The notes under the pieces were generated by a model. It was not told the DNA's origin. It saw only the letters and a program-made list of their open reading frames with translations, and did no database searches. From positions 1 through 29,437 of IMG/VR virus record IMGVR_UViG_3300037309_000019: DNA of 29,437 bases. One strand, written 5' to 3'. Within the stretch, counting starts at the first letter, position 1. Each line of letters starts with the position of its first letter. The translations under genes and the position numbers were made by a program. The DNA is from a virus. Its lineage: Duplodnaviria > Caudoviricetes. This document shows, piece after piece, positions 18,576 to 23,507 of the stretch.

Positions 18576-19028
18576 TTACCCGTCCATCTGCGCGCCCGGC
18601 GTTACGTTGATCGTTGTGCCTGCGTTAATGACCTCGGCCAGACCATCATCAAAGTTTGCAAAGTAGATGATCGTGTCACCCGCACCGCTGGCGCTGTTTG
18701 TGGCGACGAAAAACCCGTTCACCGTGCCCCATCCGCCCGCACCGGCAGCGGGGAAGGCTTTAGCCGCAGATGTGACAATCTTGCGTCCGTTGCCATTTGT
18801 GGTGTTCGGCCCCCAATCACCAGTAGCGATAGCCTGGCGCGCATATCCGGTACCAACTGCCTCTGTCCATCCAGAGGGCGTTGCACCGCCAACCGCCGTC
18901 CGCGCTGGAACTGTTGTCGCGGTCTGCGATGTGAACAAGCCGAGGAATAACGTTGTATCCACCGTGCCCCCCTTAAAAATTGCGTTGATGATGTAATCAA
19001 GCCCCTCATCGGGGAATATCTCTGCCAT
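18576..19028 (-). CDS. Small fibre/minor structural protein
   Basis: 150 aa with SD GAGGT. LFLGLFT...E..GTGYARQAI...FPAA..GWGTVNGFFV is a pattern common in phage minor structural proteins. Confidence 0.75.
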   Translation of the reverse strand: MAEIFPDEGLDYIINAIFKGGTVDTTLFLGLFTSQTATTVPARTAVGGATPSGWTEAVGTGYARQAIATGDWGPNTTNGNGRKIVTSAAKAFPAAGAGGWGTVNGFFVATNSASGAGDTIIYFANFDDGLAEVINAGTTINVTPGAQMDG

Positions 19029-19143
19029 TGTTTATTACCTCACTAATTGAAATATTTGTAAGCAACAAAAAGCCGCCTATTACCAATGCCACACATGCGA
19101 AGAAGCCGACGAAAAAACCTGCCATAAATTCAATGCCGTTCAT
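19006..19143 (-). CDS. Small single-TM membrane protein (45 aa; not in ORF track)
   Basis: MNGIEFMAGFFVGFFACVALVIGGFLLLTNISISEVINNGRDIPR. Its ATG overlaps the TGA of the EAD-like frame. Confidence 0.6.
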   Translation of the reverse strand: MNGIEFMAGFFVGFFACVALVIGGFLLLTNISISEVINNGRDIPR

Positions 19144-19418
19144 ACGTTAGCGTTTGGTCGTTGTTGGCGCATGTTTTTAATCAGCATCTCCATGATTCCG
19201 TATCTCTCGCATCGCTCAATCAAACTTTGTGCCTTTTCGCTTTTGTTATCACCTGGCAAATCGTCGTAATCAACCAGCAAGCCAAATGCCAAAGCGCGTA
19301 ACTCGCCGTCGTCAAAATGTCTTTGTAACGCCTCAAGTGCTATGTGCCGTAGTGGGTGTGCGATGATCTTCGGCGCAGTCGGAGAGGTCTCTAACCCAAC
19401 TGGCCTTACTCGTTTGGG
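19140..19418 (-). CDS. Start-less EAD7-like domain, expressed as a predicted -1 frameshift extension of 19406-19612
   Basis: PKRVRPVGLETSPTAPKIIAHPLRHIALEALQRHFDDGELRALAFGLLVDYDDLPGDNKSEKAQSLIERCERYGIMEMLIKNMRQQRPNANV*. There is no ATG/GTG/TTG ahead of the domain in this frame. Confidence 0.75.
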   Translation of the reverse strand, partial: PKRVRPVGLETSPTAPKIIAHPLRHIALEALQRHFDDGELRALAFGLLVDYDDLPGDNKSEKAQSLIERCERYGIMEMLIKNMRQQRPNANV

Positions 19419-19612
19419 CGAACGCGGTCGGCGATGAGTTTCACGTCAGTTTGAATTTCGTTCTGATGTTGCTCAATCCGATCTACGCGGTTTACCAAAT
19501 GCTTGTGGGTGTCGTTGATGGCCTTCATGGCTGCCGTGTTACCAATGATGACGGGCACCAACACCAGCAATTCGAGCGCCGTGGCGATAACGATCATGGC
19601 GTTACTATCCAT
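19406..19612 (-). CDS. Small membrane protein (N-terminal TM plus coiled coil), lysis-cassette type
   Basis: MDSNAMIVIATALELLVLVPVIIGNTAAMKAINDTHKHLVNRVDRIEQHQNEIQTDVKLIADRVRPNE (68 aa). Its start overlaps the holin stop. Confidence 0.8.
   Translation of the reverse strand: MDSNAMIVIATALELLVLVPVIIGNTAAMKAINDTHKHLVNRVDRIEQHQNEIQTDVKLIADRVRPNE
19412..19418 (-). promoter_or_regulatory. -1 frameshift heptamer C CCA AAC with downstream stem-loop
   Basis: In frame CGC CCA AAC GAG TAA. A 6-nt spacer is followed by GGC-CAGTTGG...CCGACTG-C-GCC. Confidence 0.75.
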
Positions 19613-19913
19613 CTGTTTTTTTATCCGTTTCAGGCTTCGGACTGATGAGGAACGTTGCCTGATTTGCCACCAACGCCGCAATGACGGCATTGACCAGCCC
19701 CAACACACTGGGCCGGTCGCACACCGCAACGGCGATAACACCGGTGCAGCTCAGCGCAAACGATGCCCCAGCCACCAACACGATAAGGATGCCCATCGCC
19801 AACCGCTTGTAGTCGCTGTCCAGTTTGGCAAACGCGCTTTTGATGCCTGGGATGTAGCTGAATACCAGCGACAACACCACGCCCGCTACCGCACTCAATT
19901 GATCTGCTGTCAT
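19605..19913 (-). CDS. Putative holin (2-3 TM)
   Basis: 102 aa from ATG 19913 with SD GGAGGT. Hydrophobic segments (AGVVLSLVFSYIPG; ALVANQATF), a charged C-terminus, and first gene of the late operon. Confidence 0.7.
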   Translation of the reverse strand: MTADQLSAVAGVVLSLVFSYIPGIKSAFAKLDSDYKRLAMGILIVLVAGASFALSCTGVIAVAVCDRPSVLGLVNAVIAALVANQATFLISPKPETDKKTDG

Positions 19914-19932
19914 TCGTAAACCTCCGTGTGAA

Positions 19933-19982
19933 TGGAAAACAAAAAGCGCCCACACCAAAAAAGATGTGGGCGCGTACGCCTT
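19933..19982 (-). terminator. Leader hairpin/intrinsic terminator, copy 2 of the identical 50-bp repeat
   Basis: 50/50 identical to 11879-11928. Confidence 0.85.
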
Positions 19983-20003
19983 GTTTTCTGAACTTGTCGC
20001 GGG

Positions 20004-20009
20004 ATTATA
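20004..20009 (-). promoter_or_regulatory. -10 box TATAAT of the putative late promoter
   Basis: Perfect TATAAT 21 nt upstream of repeat copy 2. No -35 at canonical spacing. Confidence 0.65.
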
Positions 20010-20012
20010 TGC

Positions 20013-20234
20013 CTATTTGAATCGCCTTGTGTCCACGATAGACACGTTCTCCGTTTCACCATCGGCACACGCATGAACAAACGGGGTGAAGGCCGTCACT
20101 TCGGCCTTCTTGCCATTGACGCGGATACTGACGCTGAAATCTCTAGGCGACTCGCGGTGAGTTGCCCACTCTGCCCACGCCGCCAGGGCAATCGCCTTAA
20201 ACTGAACTGGCAAAGCCGGAAAATGAAATTTCAT
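20013..20234 (-). CDS. Small hypothetical protein immediately upstream of the late promoter
   Basis: 73-aa ORF on the strand of the neighbouring genes, with GC-rich coding-like composition. Confidence 0.5.
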   Translation of the reverse strand: MKFHFPALPVQFKAIALAAWAEWATHRESPRDFSVSIRVNGKKAEVTAFTPFVHACADGETENVSIVDTRRFK

Positions 20235-20405
20235 ATGAAATACAGGTATGAAATAGTCGTTTTATGTCACGACCTCCGCACCCTCGCATTGTATCCAGCG
20301 TGGCTATTTTTGCTTGCCATTTGTAGCAATCTGTTAGCAAATACAGATTTTTCGCTTAGATTTTTTGTAATTTATTTAATATTTATATCTCTTTTACTTA
20401 GAGAC

Positions 20406-20507
20406 ATTATGTTAGTAGAGTAAGTAGAGTATTGGTTTAAAAGTCCCTATAGAGAGGGGTAGATTGGAAAACAATAGGCAATACTCTACTTACTCTACTA
20501 ACATAAT
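20406..20507. repeat. Perfect 29-bp inverted repeat with internal iterons; probable replication origin
   Basis: ATTATGTTAGTAGAGTAAGTAGAGTATTG (20406-20434) pairs with 20479-20507 across a 44-bp spacer. An AT-rich tract lies at ~20355-20400. Confidence 0.85.
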
Positions 20508-20508
20508 A

Positions 20509-20574
20509 ATTAACCCCCACATATGGCGTTTACATCCAAAAACTTGTCAGAAAACGCCAGATGTGGGGGGTAAT
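20509..20574. repeat. Imperfect ~23-bp inverted repeat
   Basis: ATTAaCCCCCACATaTGGCGTTT versus AAACGCCAgATGTGGGGGgTAAT (2 mismatches). Confidence 0.8.
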
Positions 20575-20699
20575 GATTTAAGGGTTTTATGACAAGTGAC
20601 GGTCTATCTTTGCGTAGGCGAACGTTTTTGACGTTCTAAGTGCCATAGCTGGAAGTAAAATCTCTGCTACCCCTGCGCCCCATTGGTGGGCACTGAATG

Positions 20700-20731
20700 C
20701 CGCCCGACTCGTAATCGGGCGGTTTTGTTTT
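20700..20731 (+). terminator. Intrinsic terminator (antisense to the local genes)
   Basis: CCGCCCGA-CTCGTAA-TCGGGCGG-TTTTGTTTT. Confidence 0.75.
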
Positions 20732-20735
20732 GTGG

Positions 20736-20888
20736 TCATGCGTCACCACCTTCAACGGTTGGCAACATGCCGCCCACCAACGTAGCAAAAGAAGTTGGCT
20801 CAGCCTTGCGCCAGGCGCGTTTGGTCTCGCGGTAAGCAGCACGAAGCAAGGGGTGAATGACGGCAGTGCGGGGTACGGTGTCAACCAT
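20736..20888 (-). CDS. Small hypothetical protein (50 aa; not in ORF track)
   Basis: SD GAGGT then MVDTVPRTAVIHPLLRAAYRETKRAWRKAEPTSFATLVGGMLPTVEGGDA. It overlaps the RHH stop. Confidence 0.5.
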   Translation of the reverse strand: MVDTVPRTAVIHPLLRAAYRETKRAWRKAEPTSFATLVGGMLPTVEGGDA

Positions 20889-21069
20889 TCGTAACCTCTG
20901 CCGAGTGTTGAGCTTGTAGTGGTGGGGGAGGCGTGATTAAGCCCATGCGCTCCAATTCACGCCTAATGATTAGCGCAGCCTGGTCGCGTGTAGATCGCCT
21001 TTCGACAGACGCAAGTTGCGTCAGCGCTTTTACTTCCTCATCGCTTATCCTGATAAAGATTTTGCTCAT
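20881..21069 (-). CDS. Ribbon-helix-helix (Arc/CopG-like) DNA-binding protein
   Basis: KIFIRISDEEVKALTQLASVERRSTRDQAALIIRREL; SD GGAGGT. Confidence 0.8.
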   Translation of the reverse strand: MSKIFIRISDEEVKALTQLASVERRSTRDQAALIIRRELERMGLITPPPPLQAQHSAEVTNG

Positions 21070-21079
21070 GCCACCTCCG

Positions 21080-21116
21080 AAAAGAAAACTCGCTACACCT
21101 AACAGCGTAGCGAGTT
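21080..21116 (-). terminator. Intrinsic terminator just upstream of the RHH gene
   Basis: Stem AACTCGCTAC/GTAGCGAGTT followed by TTCTTTT on the minus strand. Confidence 0.75.
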
Positions 21117-21176
21117 CAAAGCCGGATGGTGGCTAATGGATGGGTGAAAAGTGGAGGAAAATAGGGGAAAGAATGG

Positions 21177-21461
21177 TTATTTGGGTTTCTTGGGTTTCTT
21201 AAGTCCCCTTGCTGCGAGGTCGTCTTTGACTGTTCCATCTGTGGTGTCAATACCGTACCGTTCTTTTAGAACCTGAACAAGCTGATAGCGTGTATGCCAG
21301 GATTTATCTTGAATCTCCGCAATAGCATCTCGGCGCTTCTTTTGGTCCGCGGTTTCTGTTGGCTGACTTTTCATCAAAGGGCGGTCATACGCCACCGGCT
21401 GAGCGTGGCTAGTTTTGTAGCTACCTGCCGATGATGATGTAACGCACTCGCCCGCTTGCAT
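21177..21461 (-). CDS. Winged-helix-like DNA-binding protein (resembles the ArgR N-terminal domain); start uncertain
   Basis: RRDAIAEI...TRYQLVQVLKERYGIDTTDGTVKDDLAARG. Confidence 0.6.
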   Translation of the reverse strand: MQAGECVTSSSAGSYKTSHAQPVAYDRPLMKSQPTETADQKKRRDAIAEIQDKSWHTRYQLVQVLKERYGIDTTDGTVKDDLAARGLKKPKKPK

Positions 21462-21756
21462 CCCTCACAAACCACCGCCCAGGAATGGCAAGCCTGGGGG
21501 CCACTACCCACGCCTGGGCAGGAAAGGCATGGGCCAACTCAAACCATATCTCTTCAGTGTTTGATCCGATTTGCCTAGCCGTTGCCCTTGCTGCCAGAAG
21601 CGCGGAGTCGAGTCGTTGCTCCACCGGATTTATTGACGACGCGATGCGTTCGTACAAACGTCTCCATAAGCTCAATTGCTCTTGTTTGATCGTCGGGGCT
21701 GAGTAGGCCAACGAGCGCGCGAATCTTGCGCGCTGCGGGGCTTTCTTGTTCGGCAT
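21421..21756 (-). CDS. Hypothetical protein overlapping the 3' part of the repressor
   Basis: Strong SD GAGGT-AAACA-ATG. It bridges the gap between the repressor and the wHTH gene. Confidence 0.5.
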   Translation of the reverse strand: MPNKKAPQRARFARSLAYSAPTIKQEQLSLWRRLYERIASSINPVEQRLDSALLAARATARQIGSNTEEIWFELAHAFPAQAWVVAPRLAIPGRWFVRDASGRVRYIIIGR

Positions 21757-21997
21757 TGTTTACCTCGTGTTCTTGCGTCAATCCTGCCTTCAGCAAAACG
21801 TAATCCACCGGCAATTTGACGACCTTTGAAAGTTCAAGACAAAACTCCGCGCTGGGCGGCTGCTCATCTCGTTCCACTTTGCTGATGTACGACTGCCCAA
21901 ACCCCGTAGCTTGAGCTAAATCGCCTTGCTGCATGTCCAAACTCTTACGAGTGTCGCGCATCCACTCGCCAAAAGTTTGAGATTGATCGTTGTTCAC
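21575..21997 (-). CDS. XRE/CI-like HTH repressor
   Basis: FGEWMRDTRKSLDMQQGDLAQATGFGQSYISKVERDEQPPS. The likely start is GTG 21997. No S24 autoproteolytic domain. Confidence 0.9.
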   Translation of the reverse strand: MNNDQSQTFGEWMRDTRKSLDMQQGDLAQATGFGQSYISKVERDEQPPSAEFCLELSKVVKLPVDYVLLKAGLTQEHEVNNAEQESPAARKIRALVGLLSPDDQTRAIELMETFVRTHRVVNKSGGATTRLRASGSKGNG

Positions 21998-22004
21998 AAA
22001 GCAA

Positions 22005-22010
22005 ATTCTA
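22005..22010 (-). promoter_or_regulatory. -10 box TAGAAT for the repressor (leaderless transcript predicted)
   Basis: TAGAAT-TTGCTTT-GTG, with no SD. Confidence 0.55.
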
Positions 22011-22044
22011 TGTTCTATTCCTGCATGAATTTCGCATTCACCTA

Positions 22045-22075
22045 TTGACATTTAGTCATGTGTGACTATTATATT
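22045..22075 (+). promoter_or_regulatory. Rightward early promoter with palindromic operator TAGTCA-N4-TGACTA in the spacer
   Basis: TTGACA at 22045-22050, TATTAT/TATATT at 22067-22075, palindrome at 22053-22068. Confidence 0.7.
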
Positions 22076-22086
22076 CATATAGAGAT

Positions 22087-22323
22087 ATGACTACGAATTC
22101 ACCAATCAATCCTAAGCTGATCGAGGCGCTCACGCCGCCCGATGTGCCGCCCGCGAGCAGCACGGCTGTTCTGCTGGACGACGACGTATTGCGCGGTGTG
22201 CAAGCGCTTCGCCAAGCTATGGCTGGCAAGCGCAGCCAGCGCGGCATTGTCAACGATATTTTGCGGGCGGTCATTTTCGGCAATGACTTCAACTACCTAT
22301 TCAACCTGGAGGTGGGCGCATGA
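22087..22323 (+). CDS. Cro-position regulator, RHH-like
   Basis: First gene divergent from the repressor. TAVLLDDDVLRGVQAL...SQRGIVNDILR fits a beta-alpha-alpha pattern. Confidence 0.65.
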   Translation: MTTNSPINPKLIEALTPPDVPPASSTAVLLDDDVLRGVQALRQAMAGKRSQRGIVNDILRAVIFGNDFNYLFNLEVGA

Positions 22324-22356
22324 AAAAAAGCCGCCGTTGCTGTGAACAACGCGGCT
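22323..22356 (-). terminator. Intrinsic terminator on the antisense strand
   Basis: Minus strand reads AGCCGCGTTG-TTCACAG-CAACGGCGGCT-TTTTTT. Confidence 0.7.
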
Positions 22357-22397
22357 AAAAGCAAATCCCCCGTGAAGAGGCTACCTGCTTGCAGGGG

Positions 22398-22427
22398 AGA
22401 GTAGCACAGCCTCTAACCCACTGTCAA
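22398..22427 (-). promoter_or_regulatory. Leftward (antisense) sigma70-type promoter
   Basis: TTGACA (22427-22422), 18-bp spacer ending TGC, then TACTCT (22403-22398). Confidence 0.6.
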
Positions 22428-22474
22428 CCCGTTCCCCGCATTTTTATTTTCACCAAAGCACGTTTGAGGCACAC

Positions 22475-22759
22475 ATGAAAAATTCATTTAGTTATCGCGG
22501 CATCACTGTCAAAGTGCAGCCCATCATCAACATGGGGCGCAAGACTGGCGTCAAGTTCAGCTTCACCCACAACGGCGAGTACCGCCAGGCGTTCACCGCC
22601 CAGGCAATTGCAGCCATCGCCGACGATCTTCTGGCGTACAACCTTATGGCGACCGAGAAGCCCGTCAACCCGCTCACCCAGGCGTCCCACAGCGCAAAAC
22701 GGGCCGCCATGCGTGGCAGCGTAGACAGCAGCAAGGGCGACCTGCCCTTTGGGGGCTAA
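22475..22759 (+). CDS. Hypothetical early protein
   Basis: 94 aa, SD GAGG, coding-like codon pattern. Confidence 0.75.
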   Translation: MKNSFSYRGITVKVQPIINMGRKTGVKFSFTHNGEYRQAFTAQAIAAIADDLLAYNLMATEKPVNPLTQASHSAKRAAMRGSVDSSKGDLPFGG

Positions 22760-22765
22760 GCGGCC

Positions 22766-22960
22766 ATGAGCAGCTTCTACCAATGGCGCGGCACATGCGC
22801 CGACGATTTAGTTTGCGTGATTGCGGCGGGGAAACCTGCCGAGACACGGCGATGGGGTTTCAAGCCCGTCGTGAGCGATTCCTCCTTTTTCTCCTCTGTG
22901 CCAGCCGTCGCCCTTGAGCAAGGCGACGGTGAGGGCAACACGGAGGCGAACGATGAGTGA
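22766..22960 (+). CDS. Hypothetical protein
   Basis: 64 aa, fills the gap between coupled genes. Confidence 0.45.
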   Translation: MSSFYQWRGTCADDLVCVIAAGKPAETRRWGFKPVVSDSSFFSSVPAVALEQGDGEGNTEANDE

Positions 22961-23207
22961 GCAACCCCGAACGACGGTGAGGCTTAACTACCGCGACATC
23001 CAACGCATCAAAAATCGTCAGCGCAAGATCAGGAGCGTCGTTATCAGCGTCCTATTTGTTTTGTTGGTGGTGATCGTAGCGCGAATGGCAACGGCACAGA
23101 GCATGAAACCACGAGCGTTTTTGCCCATCGTCAACAACAACTTGCCCTACATTCTGGGTGACCCGCCGATGATGTGTGGACTGCCAGGCACTGAGGCGTG
23201 TCCATGA
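22953..23207 (+). CDS. Small membrane-anchored/secreted protein with FLPIV motif
   Basis: SD GGAGG. Basic N-region, TM/signal VVISVLFVLLVVIVA, then AQSMKPRAFLPIVNN. Confidence 0.7.
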   Translation: MSEQPRTTVRLNYRDIQRIKNRQRKIRSVVISVLFVLLVVIVARMATAQSMKPRAFLPIVNNNLPYILGDPPMMCGLPGTEACP

Positions 23208-23479
23208 GCTTTTCCTACTGGCACAACGATGTAGATCGTTTGCTCAATGACATCACTCACATCAACATGTTATGCGGCGTGCCATGCGCCATCAAAATGC
23301 AAATGGTCATAGCCCGTGTCAGTTGGTTCAAAGCTCACGAAAACGAGGACTACCACGAGGCCGACGCGGCCATGAACCAACTGTATGAGCTAGAGCGTGA
23401 CTGGCCGCCGATGACCGATAGCGAAGCCGCACCGTATACGGCTTCGCTCAGATCAGAAATATACGGACAAACAAATTAA
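23204..23479 (+). CDS. Hypothetical protein
   Basis: ATGA-coupled, SD GAGG, 91 aa. Confidence 0.7.
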   Translation: MSFSYWHNDVDRLLNDITHINMLCGVPCAIKMQMVIARVSWFKAHENEDYHEADAAMNQLYELERDWPPMTDSEAAPYTASLRSEIYGQTN

Positions 23480-23507
23480 CGACCGAAACATTCAAAAAGG
23501 ACAAAAA

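Noticed and set aside
11879-19982. 50-bp direct repeats as att sites or mobile-element ends
   Set aside because: They flank essential terminase and portal genes, and each has promoter-plus-terminator context, so a regulatory role fits better.
20073-20423. Plus-strand ORF with GLLAIDAD as a primase remnant beside the origin
   Set aside because: Only one short motif matches, and the rest runs into AT-rich non-coding sequence, so it is probably chance.
20636-20884. 82-aa minus-strand ORF from the track
   Set aside because: It has a TTG start. The alternative frame 20736..20888 has an ATG at good SD spacing and ATGA coupling, so it is preferred.
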